A DNA stretch of 64,000 nucleotides, taken from IMG/VR virus record IMGVR_UViG_3300032312_001422, positions 32,001 to 96,000 of that record, one strand, 5' to 3'. The translations under genes and the position numbers were made by a program. This DNA is from a virus. Its lineage: Duplodnaviria > Caudoviricetes. The notes under the pieces are model-generated. The model did no database searches. It was not told the origin of the DNA and saw only the letters and a program-made list of their open reading frames with translations. Of this stretch, positions 45,877 to 54,888 are shown in pieces (positions within the stretch are counted from its first letter, which is position 1; every line of letters begins with the position of its first letter).

Positions 45877-46384
45877 AAAACTTGCTGTAGCAGCCAATAT
45901 TGATTTTAAAATTCTAGATAAGAAAATAGAATTTGAGTTAGACTCTGCAGGTCGCCGAATACAATACTCCAACGTATCTTCACGCTACGTAGACAATTTC
46001 ATAGCTGGTCTTGGCCATCACGGAAAGCATTTTTATACAAGTTTTGTCAGCGTAGAAACAAATGTGCCGCCACACACAGACATTGTTGATCGAGTCAACA
46101 TCAACTTCTACATAGAAACAGGTGACTACCAAACTACGTTTTACAGAAGCAATGACAACTCAGCACGATTTACCTATGCAGATCACGGCGATGGTCATGC
46201 GTATCGTATAGAAGAACTAGAGCCTGTGGATAGTTTTGTTGCCCAACCCGGCGATGTGTACATTTTAAATGGTAAAAATATTCACGGAGTTGCCTGTACA
46301 GAGCCTACACCAAGAAAATTTTTGCAAGTCTCTACCAACCAGTTAGAATATGATCAAGTTTTAGAAATTTTGAATCTATGTTAA
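45857..46384 (+). CDS. Putative Fe(II) oxygenase (cupin), paralog of 45310-45876
   Basis: PPHTD...NINFY...IHGV...RKFLQ. Confidence 0.55.
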   Translation: MAHSLFKKLAVAANIDFKILDKKIEFELDSAGRRIQYSNVSSRYVDNFIAGLGHHGKHFYTSFVSVETNVPPHTDIVDRVNINFYIETGDYQTTFYRSNDNSARFTYADHGDGHAYRIEELEPVDSFVAQPGDVYILNGKNIHGVACTEPTPRKFLQVSTNQLEYDQVLEILNLC

Positions 46385-47082
46385 TGTTGATCTATACCAT
46401 TGCAACAATTCACCTGGGCTGTGCAGTGGCTTCGTTGTACATGCATCGGTATGTGATACACAGACAGTATCGTATGACTCCAAGAACAGAAATGGTCATG
46501 AAAGTCATGTATTGGATGTTGTTTGATGTGGTCACTAGAGAGTTTGTGGTACAACATAGAAAGCATCATGAATTCTCAGACACATACAATGATCCTCACA
46601 GTCCGAGATTTGGTTTTTGGTCATTGCTGAGATCTTGTCTGGTTCCAAGCTTCTTTAGATCCTACAAAATAACTGTGTCCGATTCGGAGTATCAGCGATA
46701 CGGTGCCGAGACTGCCACCAACACCGTTATTGATCGACACCCAAGATTGGGAGTTGTATTGTTATTGGTAATAAACATTGTGTTGTTTGGTTGGTTGGGT
46801 ATCATTGCGTGGATCGTCCATTTGTTTGCTGTGAATTTTTTAATAATAACAACAATAACAGTATTTGGGCATAGCATTGGCGGCAGGAACTTTGATCTTG
46901 GCGACTTTACTCGTAATGTTGTTCCTGTTGGCATATTGTGTGTGGGCGAAGAGCTACACAACAATCATCATAAAGATAGCAGGCTGTATAACATGGCTAT
47001 AAATAAAAATGAATTCGATCTAGGATTCTTTTATCTACAACTTTTAAATCGATTTGACTTGGTTCAATTCAAACAAAAATGA
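46378..47082 (+). CDS. Membrane fatty-acid desaturase-like protein
   Basis: His boxes HRYVIH, HRKHH, HNNHH. Confidence 0.85.
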   Translation: MLMLIYTIATIHLGCAVASLYMHRYVIHRQYRMTPRTEMVMKVMYWMLFDVVTREFVVQHRKHHEFSDTYNDPHSPRFGFWSLLRSCLVPSFFRSYKITVSDSEYQRYGAETATNTVIDRHPRLGVVLLLVINIVLFGWLGIIAWIVHLFAVNFLIITTITVFGHSIGGRNFDLGDFTRNVVPVGILCVGEELHNNHHKDSRLYNMAINKNEFDLGFFYLQLLNRFDLVQFKQK

Positions 47083-47678
47083 AAATAACTAAAACAGACA
47101 TGTGGGTGACCCCAGTGTGGGAAATTCAAACCGACTTTGACCAACAGTTCAACAACGAACTGCTGGACGAGCTTGGGCAGTACTGTGATCCCGAATCGGA
47201 TGTGGGCAACTCTAATATCTGGAACTGTGACACGCCACGAGTACAAGAACTAAAAAAATACACTATCAAAGTAGTCAAATCACAAACATACGATTACATA
47301 GCACCAACTGTCAAAGACTTTGAATTCTGGCACGCCCGTGGTTGGTTAAATTATCACAAGACAGGTGAAGGTATTCCCATACACGGACATGGTAGCCCTA
47401 AGATTGCAATGACCTACTATGTCAAGGCTCCCGACAACTGTGGGGATTTGTTACTGATAGATCCTCGCAACGGTTGCGACTGGGATTCAGGCAACGATGG
47501 TGTCAATGGTACCAAGTTTAACAGAATTAAACCAGTCGAAAGCAAACTGGTATTTTTCCCAGGGTTTGTATTACACATGGTCGAACCCAATCAGTCTGAC
47601 CAAGTTAGGGTATCTGTAACCAGCAACATGGGCACATTTGATAAAAGTACTGCTCAAGCATTTAAAAATACACTATAA
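47079..47678 (+). CDS. Putative 2OG-Fe(II) oxygenase (TIGR02466-like)
   Basis: WLNYH...IHGH...YYVK...DPR...VFFPGFVLHMVEPN...RVSV. Confidence 0.8.
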   Translation: MKITKTDMWVTPVWEIQTDFDQQFNNELLDELGQYCDPESDVGNSNIWNCDTPRVQELKKYTIKVVKSQTYDYIAPTVKDFEFWHARGWLNYHKTGEGIPIHGHGSPKIAMTYYVKAPDNCGDLLLIDPRNGCDWDSGNDGVNGTKFNRIKPVESKLVFFPGFVLHMVEPNQSDQVRVSVTSNMGTFDKSTAQAFKNTL

Positions 47679-47687
47679 GGATGTACA

Positions 47688-48479
47688 ATGTCATTCTATG
47701 AAAAATTAGACTTTATCAAATATGATCATGACCGCCTGGTGACCGATGTGCAACAACATGTGTTCAGTCTGGGACAAGCTGTTATACAGGGCGAGGAATA
47801 TGAAACCGATGCCTACAAGGGTTTTGGTGGATGGAGTCTGCAGAGTCAAACCGGAGACTGGCAAGACGGCTGGGAATTTTTTCAAAACGAAGAAGGCACC
47901 ACTATTGAAGAAGTATTCTTTCCCAAGGATGCTAACAATTACACTACCTTAAAATACTTTAATATTGCACATTCTTTAGAGTACAAAAAGCCCACACAGG
48001 GCTATTGCGGTGAGATTGCCGAGGTGATTGATCAAATAGAGGCATTCGGCTTGACACCTAGACGAGCCAGAGTAACCTGTTTAAAAGCTGGTAGCAAAAG
48101 CCTAGTACACAGAGATTGTGGTGAAAACCAATACATGGCACGTATACACATACCCCTGATCACCAATCCTGAGTGTACTTTTACTGCCGAAGGAGAAACC
48201 TTATACATGGAACCCGGTACGGCCTACATGGTCTGGGTAAATGTGTGGCATCAGATTCGCAATGATTCGGAACAAGATCGATATCACATAATTATGGATG
48301 CTTACGATACCAGACATGTCACAGATAAGTTCAAGTACATGGGTGATATTAGCCAGTTGGAAACCTTTGCCAACGAATTGCGGCAACAGGTTGATCAAGC
48401 TGTTGTTACTGCAGATTTGGAACAAAAGTTTGAAACTGAATTGGCAAAATGGCGAACTAAATCCAAGGTTGACACATAA
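47688..48479 (+). CDS. Asp/Asn beta-hydroxylase-like 2OG oxygenase
   Basis: RARVTCL...VHRD...RIHIPLITNP...WHQIRN.S..DRYHII. Confidence 0.8.
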   Translation: MSFYEKLDFIKYDHDRLVTDVQQHVFSLGQAVIQGEEYETDAYKGFGGWSLQSQTGDWQDGWEFFQNEEGTTIEEVFFPKDANNYTTLKYFNIAHSLEYKKPTQGYCGEIAEVIDQIEAFGLTPRRARVTCLKAGSKSLVHRDCGENQYMARIHIPLITNPECTFTAEGETLYMEPGTAYMVWVNVWHQIRNDSEQDRYHIIMDAYDTRHVTDKFKYMGDISQLETFANELRQQVDQAVVTADLEQKFETELAKWRTKSKVDT

Positions 48480-48497
48480 GTTTAATAAGTATATAAT
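48469..48497 (+). promoter_or_regulatory. Consensus sigma70 promoter of tmRNA
   Basis: TTGACA-N17-TATAAT perfect match. Confidence 0.85.
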
Positions 48498-48503
48498 ATT
48501 AAT

Positions 48504-48803
48504 ATTGTTGTAATTCCTTCAAATTGAAGGCGCTGTGGACGGGAGTTCGATTCTCCCCGGGTCCACCAAAAGGAGATTAGCATGGATCATGAAGCTGTAT
48601 TGCTTGGTGCATTTGTTCTAATAGGATTAGTCCTAGTCTTTTTTTGATGGGCCCGACCGGTTTCGACATGGTGAGCTAGAAGAGAAGGAAACAGGACACA
48701 GATAGTCCTAAAAAGTAAATAACGTAAACGCAAACGACGAACAGTTCGCATTGGCAGCCTAACAGCCGCCTAGGGTAGGAAATACCTCGTAACAGAAATC
48801 ACC
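48504..48803 (+). ncRNA. ssrA: Circularly permuted (two-piece) tmRNA
   Basis: T-arm GGGAG-TTCGATT-CTCCC and CGGGTCC-A-CCA (ends 48568) precede 5' end GGGCCCG (48649); G3:U70 pair; tag ANDEQFALAA-stop at 48730-48762; ends approximate. Confidence 0.9.
48582..48647 (+). CDS. 21-aa hydrophobic peptide ORF inside tmRNA intervening segment
   Basis: AGGAG at 48571, MDHEAVLLGAFVLIGLVLVFF-stop. Confidence 0.45.
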   Translation: MDHEAVLLGAFVLIGLVLVFF

Positions 48804-48823
48804 AGAGCCCCTTCGGGGGCTCT
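48804..48823 (+). terminator. GC-rich hairpin after tmRNA
   Basis: AGAGCCCC-TTCG-GGGGCTCT. Confidence 0.75.
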
Positions 48824-48844
48824 AATATTTCCATACAAACACAC

Positions 48845-50110
48845 ATGAAAAAAACGTCACTGACAACCATTGCCGCCAGTACAATTGGCACAGTATTTGA
48901 ATGGTATGATTTTGTTATCTTTGGCTTGGCCAGTGTTCTTGTTTTTAATAAATTGTTTTTTCCAAACATTGATCCAGCTCTGGCCCTGGTAGTGTCAATG
49001 CTGGCCTATGCGGTGGGCATTGTAGCACGACCATTGGGTGGTATCATCTATGGCATGATAGGCGACAGGTTTGGTCGAAAACGCATGTTGACCACTACCA
49101 TGTTGCTTATGGGCATCAGTACTTTTATAATTGGTGTGTTGCCTACATATGATGCTATTGGAATATGGGCACCTGTTATTTTGATCTTGCTAAGAATTAT
49201 ACAAGGTATTGGCATTGGCGGCGAGTGGGGAGGAGCCAGTGTTATAGTACAAGAACATGCACCCGACAACCGTCGTGGTTTTTATTGTAGTTTTGTACAA
49301 ACAGGACTGCCTATGGGAATGTTAATGGCATCGGGTATATTTGCTGTGCTGAATTTGATGTTGAGCGAACAAGAGTTTCTTGCCTGGGGGTGGAGAATCC
49401 CGTTTCTGTTGAGTGCAGTCTTGGTGATTATTGGCACAGTTCTTAGACATCAAATTTTAGAAACTCCGGTGTTTTTAAAACTAACACCTCCCACAAATCC
49501 CATTAACGAGCTATTTACAAAATATCCAACAACCTTGTTCAAAGGTATCGGACTTAAAATAACAGAAAGTGTTTGGTTTTTCATAGTCACAGGTTTCATT
49601 GTCGGCTATGCTGTAAACAATTTTAATATACCAAAAAAAGATCTGTTACAAATTGTAATGATGGCCAATGCTGTCAGTATTGTGTGGACCGTGATAGTGG
49701 GTTACGTGTCAGATCTAATAGGACGACGTCCAATATTTTTCTTTGGATCTGTTTTTACAATGATCATGCCGTTTCCATTATTTTATTTGGTTGGCACCGG
49801 CGAGTTTGCAATGATTGCCACAGCAATGATAATAGGACAATGTATTGGTAGTACCACAATGTTTGCTGTTTTATCATCATACCTGCCAGAGATATTTCCT
49901 CCTAGTGTACGAAGCATAGGCAGTAGTTTGAGTTTCCAACTTGGAGCCGCTGTAACCGGTGGCATAGTTCCTGTGTTGGCCGCCTGGGCAGTTGGATACT
50001 GGGGTAGCAACTATGCTGTTTGTATCATCATGATGCTGTTTGGTGCAATTACTTTTGTATCTGCTTACAGGTCTAAAGAAACATTTCGCTTGGCGACAAA
50101 TAAATTATGA
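48845..50110 (+). CDS. MFS transporter, metabolite:H+ symporter (ShiA/ProP-like)
   Basis: GTVFEWYDF, RPLGG..G..GDRFGRK, QGIGIGGEWGG, SDLIGRR; 12 TM. Confidence 0.92.
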   Translation: MKKTSLTTIAASTIGTVFEWYDFVIFGLASVLVFNKLFFPNIDPALALVVSMLAYAVGIVARPLGGIIYGMIGDRFGRKRMLTTTMLLMGISTFIIGVLPTYDAIGIWAPVILILLRIIQGIGIGGEWGGASVIVQEHAPDNRRGFYCSFVQTGLPMGMLMASGIFAVLNLMLSEQEFLAWGWRIPFLLSAVLVIIGTVLRHQILETPVFLKLTPPTNPINELFTKYPTTLFKGIGLKITESVWFFIVTGFIVGYAVNNFNIPKKDLLQIVMMANAVSIVWTVIVGYVSDLIGRRPIFFFGSVFTMIMPFPLFYLVGTGEFAMIATAMIIGQCIGSTTMFAVLSSYLPEIFPPSVRSIGSSLSFQLGAAVTGGIVPVLAAWAVGYWGSNYAVCIIMMLFGAITFVSAYRSKETFRLATNKL

Positions 50111-50937
50111 TCAATACTTTTGTTGACAAACCCGACTTTATAATCAATGATCCTAGAATCAATCGTCCAATGCATTGGCAGTACACAGTCTCAGCCGAGC
50201 TCATGTCAACCCGGCACAAGTTGTTTTTTCATAAAACTGACCTTGCAGGCAAACGTATACTAGATCTGGGATCCTGTTGCGGTGCCACTGGTGCTTGGGC
50301 ACTGGATCGCGGAGCCAGTCATTACACCGGAGTTGAATTACAGACCAAGTTTGTAGAAACTAGCCGCTCTGCACTAGGCAAACATTATTCGCCAACTCAA
50401 TGGAACATAGTGGCCAGTGGAGTTGAAGAATATCTAACTAATTGTACAGAAAAATTTGACATAGTGATCATGGTGGGAGTACTACATTGTTTGTTTGATT
50501 ATCAGCATGTGTTGAATCGTATTACAAAAATCAGCAACGAAGTCATAATTGAGTGTTTTCATCCCTACAATGCGTTTAAAGATCTTTTCCCAACCTTAGA
50601 CAATGATGCATTATATACTCTGTGCAAAACCACAAGCCTAGCACAAATAGCAACCAAAACCGGTACTGCTGGAGAAAACGGTGGCAGTTATAACTTCGAC
50701 GGTGTACGACTATCAATGTTGGGACTTGCTAATGTTTTTGGTTATCTAGGTTGGCACACGGATTTGTTGTTCAATGATGTGTGTATAGAAAAGCTACCAG
50801 ATGTTTACAGTCTCGATACACCAAGCTATTGCCCTCGTTATGTAACAAGAAGTGTAGTAGATAAAAGAACGGTATTTGAATTTGCCGACGGCTACTTGGA
50901 TCCTGCAAAAACCAACTATGAATACAAAAACTGGTAG
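50107..50937 (+). CDS. Class I SAM-dependent transferase (CmoB-like)
   Basis: GKRILDLGSCCG, FDIVIMVGVLH. Confidence 0.7.
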   Translation: MINTFVDKPDFIINDPRINRPMHWQYTVSAELMSTRHKLFFHKTDLAGKRILDLGSCCGATGAWALDRGASHYTGVELQTKFVETSRSALGKHYSPTQWNIVASGVEEYLTNCTEKFDIVIMVGVLHCLFDYQHVLNRITKISNEVIIECFHPYNAFKDLFPTLDNDALYTLCKTTSLAQIATKTGTAGENGGSYNFDGVRLSMLGLANVFGYLGWHTDLLFNDVCIEKLPDVYSLDTPSYCPRYVTRSVVDKRTVFEFADGYLDPAKTNYEYKNW

Positions 50938-51553
50938 CTGGACATTTGATCAACATGTTGCTGAAACATTTGTGGATCACGCCAGACAACATATTCCCAA
51001 CTACGACGCAGTCATTGATAAATGCATTGATATATGTCGGCAACTAACACCATCGGCCAGAATAGTTGATGTGGGTTGTGCCACCGGCGAAACAATACGC
51101 AGGCTACACTCTCAAGGATTTGACAATTTGACAGGTGTTGAGTCCAGTCATGCCATGTTACAACATTGTGATCGTGCCTTGGCTGAATACATACACAGCG
51201 ATAGATTCCCAAACAAAATATTTGACATAGTATTGTGCAACTGGACCTTGCATTTTATCAAAGATAAAATTGAGTATTTGTATAATATACATCAAAATTT
51301 AAGCCCGGGAGGTTTTCTTGTGCTTAGTGATAAAACCAGTTTAAATCCTCGTGCAATTAGATTGTATCACCAGTGGAAACACCAACAAGGAGTTTCGTGG
51401 GAAGATATTCGTGCCAAAGAACAGGCCGTAGAAGGAATCATGCACATAAACGATAATAAATGGTACTTGGAATCCCTGGAACAAATTGGCTTTAAAAACA
51501 TACAAATCATTGATGCCAGTTGGTGCTTTACAACATTCTTATGTGAAAAGTAA
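50918..51553 (+). CDS. Class I SAM-dependent enzyme (CmoA-like)
   Basis: WTFDQHVAETF..H...IPNY, DVGCATG, NWTLHFI, PGGFLVLSDK. Confidence 0.75.
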   Translation: MNTKTGSWTFDQHVAETFVDHARQHIPNYDAVIDKCIDICRQLTPSARIVDVGCATGETIRRLHSQGFDNLTGVESSHAMLQHCDRALAEYIHSDRFPNKIFDIVLCNWTLHFIKDKIEYLYNIHQNLSPGGFLVLSDKTSLNPRAIRLYHQWKHQQGVSWEDIRAKEQAVEGIMHINDNKWYLESLEQIGFKNIQIIDASWCFTTFLCEK

Positions 51554-51556
51554 ATC

Positions 51557-51683
51557 TGTCGCATAAAAACAACACCTTAAAACCCCCGTAACAGGGGGTT
51601 TTTTGTACCCAAAAATTCTGGTTGTGCCATAAATCCATTTAATGTATAATGTTTGTATAGTGATTAATAAGGAGCCAAAATTG
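51557..51683 (+). repeat. Terminator-promoter-RBS cassette, copy 2
   Basis: Near-duplicate of 28387-28513. Confidence 0.85.
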
Positions 51684-52022
51684 AACTACACTAAAGATCA
51701 AATTGTTGCCATTGTTGCAGAAGCCAAAACAGAAGCTCGCATTGCCGCTGATCGATTCTTCCAAGAAAAGCTGGGCGGTCGGGATCAGTTCAGTTGTGGT
51801 TTTGCCTGGGTTGACATTTGTGGTATCAAAGGCAATACCCGATTGGGTCGTGCTTTCAAAGAAGCCGGTGTTCGTAAAAGCTACACAGGATCATTCCAGA
51901 TTTGGAATCCGGCTGACATGGGTGTGCAAAATATCGACACTCTTGAAGCCGGTGCCGAAGCGGCTGCAAAGGTTTTTGAGCGATATGGTTTCACAGCCTA
52001 TGCTGGTAGTCGTTTAGACTAA
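51681..52022 (+). CDS. Hypothetical early protein
   Basis: TTG start after AAGGAG; CGFAWV motif. Confidence 0.7.
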   Translation: MNYTKDQIVAIVAEAKTEARIAADRFFQEKLGGRDQFSCGFAWVDICGIKGNTRLGRAFKEAGVRKSYTGSFQIWNPADMGVQNIDTLEAGAEAAAKVFERYGFTAYAGSRLD

Positions 52023-52375
52023 TGAAGTTTTTTCGAGAAACCACGCCAGATTGGGCAAGTCCTACGCCCAATCACGTTTATTTGCTAACCACAGATAAAA
52101 GCAAGATGTACGGTTACATCAAACAAGGTACCGAAGATGTAACAGTATTCAAAAAACCTTATCGATTTGATGCACGTCGTAGAACTTTTCAAGAAGTTCG
52201 AGAGTTGGGCGAAATTGATTTGGACGAAGTAAAATCAGAAAAGTGGGAATTTATAGGCAGTAAAGGCGATACTTATGTTGTCCAGAAAATAGATAATATG
52301 TTAAAATGTAGTTGTCCTGGATTTACATTCCGCGGTGAATGTAAACATGTTAAATCTGTAGAGGAGCAAGTGTAA
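52022..52375 (+). CDS. SWIM zinc-finger protein
   Basis: CSCPGFTFRGECKH. Confidence 0.75.
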   Translation: MKFFRETTPDWASPTPNHVYLLTTDKSKMYGYIKQGTEDVTVFKKPYRFDARRRTFQEVRELGEIDLDEVKSEKWEFIGSKGDTYVVQKIDNMLKCSCPGFTFRGECKHVKSVEEQV

Positions 52376-52812
52376 TGGCCACACGTTCAGCAATTGGTAT
52401 CAAACACGGTGACAGAATCAAAGCAATCTATTGCCACTATGACGGTTACGTCGAATACCTGGGTCGTGCCCTGCACACCTACTATCAAGATTCGGTCAAG
52501 GTCAATGGGTTGATTGCTCAGGGCGATATGAGTTGTATAGGCGCCGACATTGGCGAAAAACATCCATTCAATGACCGTAGCGAATACATTGATGAGTGGA
52601 TTGCTCGACAATGTACTTTTTACAGTCGTGATCGCGGTGAAGACAATGTAGATTTTAGATCTTTTGCCACAGAAGCAGACTTTATAGATTACTATGATGG
52701 ATCTGGTGTACAGTTTTACTACCTGTATGATCACGGTGTTTGGTATGTGAGCAAAAATGGTCGAAACAATTTTCAACCCTTGCACGAAGTTTTAAGCCTG
52801 GAGACAGCATAA
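52375..52812 (+). CDS. Hypothetical protein
   Basis: MATRSAIG...IYCHYDGY motif; TAATG-coupled. Confidence 0.7.
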   Translation: MATRSAIGIKHGDRIKAIYCHYDGYVEYLGRALHTYYQDSVKVNGLIAQGDMSCIGADIGEKHPFNDRSEYIDEWIARQCTFYSRDRGEDNVDFRSFATEADFIDYYDGSGVQFYYLYDHGVWYVSKNGRNNFQPLHEVLSLETA

Positions 52813-52979
52813 TGTCCAAGACCACAGATTTCCGCAGATGGTTGCACGAGTTGTGGTTGCGTAATTGTGATGAACGCACAGAGTATGGCGAAATGCGTTA
52901 TACACAAGAACAGTATTTTCAGCAGTACAAGTATTGGTTGAAAAGAGAATTCAAATATCAAAGGAGCCAAAATGCCTAA
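52812..52979 (+). CDS. Small hypothetical protein
   Basis: ATG 52812 coupled to upstream stop. Confidence 0.6.
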   Translation: MSKTTDFRRWLHELWLRNCDERTEYGEMRYTQEQYFQQYKYWLKREFKYQRSQNA

Positions 52980-53583
52980 TTGGTGCGGCAATACTCTAAC
53001 ATTAACTCACGCAGATCCGGAAATGATTGTTCGTGCCAAAGCGGCCTTTGTGGAGGGTCGGTTGCTGGAAGAATTTATCCCTGTACCTGCAGGACTTAAA
53101 GATACTACTAGTCCCAACCGTGATGGTACGGCCGAGGAACTTCGAGCACAATATGGATACACCGATTGGTACGACTTTTGTGTAAACGAATGGGGCACCA
53201 AGTGGGACATTGGTGACGGGCAAGGCGTTCAGGCCTGGGACGACAACGAACTGATTGTGTACTTTGACTCAGCATGGAGCCCACCTGTTGCGGCCTACGA
53301 AAAGTTCATGGATCTTGGCTTTACAGTTTACGCAACCTACTACGAACCTGGCTGTGCCTTTGCTGGTATTTTTGAAGATGGTGCGGACGACTATTATGAT
53401 CTGTCTAACATGGATTCGGGTGATGTGCAACAGCAGTTGCCGCCAGATTTAGATAGTGCCTTTGGTATCAGTGAATGTATGGCCGAATACGAAGCTGAAA
53501 ACGAAGACGAAGTTACCACCTGGTACAAAGAAGGTGTAGAAGAAACCGGTCTTACACCACACGAGGTAAAGAAACATGCTTAA
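52972..53583 (+). CDS. DUF1281/YubB-like ferredoxin-fold protein
   Basis: MPNWC.N, DWYDFCVNEWGTKWD, FDSAWSPP, YYEPG..FAG. Confidence 0.75.
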   Translation: MPNWCGNTLTLTHADPEMIVRAKAAFVEGRLLEEFIPVPAGLKDTTSPNRDGTAEELRAQYGYTDWYDFCVNEWGTKWDIGDGQGVQAWDDNELIVYFDSAWSPPVAAYEKFMDLGFTVYATYYEPGCAFAGIFEDGADDYYDLSNMDSGDVQQQLPPDLDSAFGISECMAEYEAENEDEVTTWYKEGVEETGLTPHEVKKHA

Positions 53584-54886
53584 ACCCTGGCAAGTTGTAC
53601 AAGAACTTGAAAGCGACAACAGTCGCTTGTTCAAAGAAAGCGTGGTTGAGCGTGAAGCTGCGGCCGGCAACGATGAGTTTTTTAAAGGTGCTCAGTGGGC
53701 TTTGGACGCCATGATCACCTTTGGCATACGCAAGGTAGAAGAAAAGTCTGGGGATGGCCGAGGCTTAAAACCAGAAACATTTTGGGCCACAGCCGGACAG
53801 TTGTCACGCAGAGAGCTTACCGGCAATGCGGCCATCACCGCAGTCAATTATATGCGTTTGAATGCAACCGAAGCTGAATGGAATCATTGGTATAGAAGAA
53901 TTTTGATCAAGGATTTACGTTGTGGTGTCTCAGAAAAAACCGTTAACTCTGTAGTGGGAAAGAAATATGGAAAGTATATTGTACCTGTTTTTAGTTGCCA
54001 ACTTGCTCACGATGGTGCTAATCATGAAAGCAAAGTGTCAGGATCCAAGCTGGTGGAAGTTAAGTTGGATGGAGTGCGTGTTATTACTATTGTCTATCCA
54101 ACTGGGAATGTTGATCAGTATAGTCGTAATGGCAAAGAGCTGGTAAACTTTGAGCATATCAAGCGTCAGTTCGCTAAACATGCCCGACTGTTACGTGAGC
54201 CGATGGTGTTTGATGGCGAAGTAATGTCGAGCTCATTCCAAGACCTGATGCGTCAAGTGCATCGTAAAAGTGATGTAGAAGCGTCGGATGCGGTGTTACA
54301 CTTATTTGATATTTTAACATTAAAAGATTTCCAGACTGGCATCAGCTCAGTGCCACAAGTGGATCGTAGCAATTCGTTACGTGCTTGGTATGCTCCTATT
54401 GCGGACCATATGCCTAACGTGGCTATTTTGGGATATGAACTTGTGGATTTAGATACCGAACCGGGTCGTATTTTGTTCCAATCCATCAATCAACGAGCCA
54501 TTGCTGGTGGTTACGAAGGTATCATGATCAAAGAACCCACGGCAGGATATGAGTGTAAACGCAGTACCTCTTGGCTCAAACAAAAACCTTATATCGAAGT
54601 CAGTTTGACTGTGATTGGAGTTGAAGAAGGAACTGGTCGCAATGCGGGCAAGTTAGGTGCTATAATAGTAGAAGGAGAAGATGATGGTAAACTTATTAGG
54701 ACCAATGTCGGGTCAGGACTTACAGACAGTGACCGTGATCAGTTGTGGACTCATCGTGATCAGCTCAATGGCCGTGTTGTTGAAGTTCGTGCTGACGCTG
54801 TTACGCAAAATCAAGATGGATCGTACAGTTTAAGATTTCCCAGATTCAAGGGATTCAGAGGGTTTGAGCCCGGAGAGAAACTATAA
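53576..54886 (+). CDS. ATP-dependent DNA ligase
   Basis: KLDGVR motif I, FDGE, EGIMIK, WLKQK, SLRFPRF. Confidence 0.95.
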   Translation: MLKPWQVVQELESDNSRLFKESVVEREAAAGNDEFFKGAQWALDAMITFGIRKVEEKSGDGRGLKPETFWATAGQLSRRELTGNAAITAVNYMRLNATEAEWNHWYRRILIKDLRCGVSEKTVNSVVGKKYGKYIVPVFSCQLAHDGANHESKVSGSKLVEVKLDGVRVITIVYPTGNVDQYSRNGKELVNFEHIKRQFAKHARLLREPMVFDGEVMSSSFQDLMRQVHRKSDVEASDAVLHLFDILTLKDFQTGISSVPQVDRSNSLRAWYAPIADHMPNVAILGYELVDLDTEPGRILFQSINQRAIAGGYEGIMIKEPTAGYECKRSTSWLKQKPYIEVSLTVIGVEEGTGRNAGKLGAIIVEGEDDGKLIRTNVGSGLTDSDRDQLWTHRDQLNGRVVEVRADAVTQNQDGSYSLRFPRFKGFRGFEPGEKL

Positions 54887-54888
54887 AA

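Noticed and set aside
48535-48568. Stand-alone tRNA-Ala (T-arm plus CCA)
   Set aside because: No D-arm or anticodon arm lies upstream; the matching 5' acceptor strand is downstream at 48649, followed by an ssrA tag, so it is a permuted tmRNA
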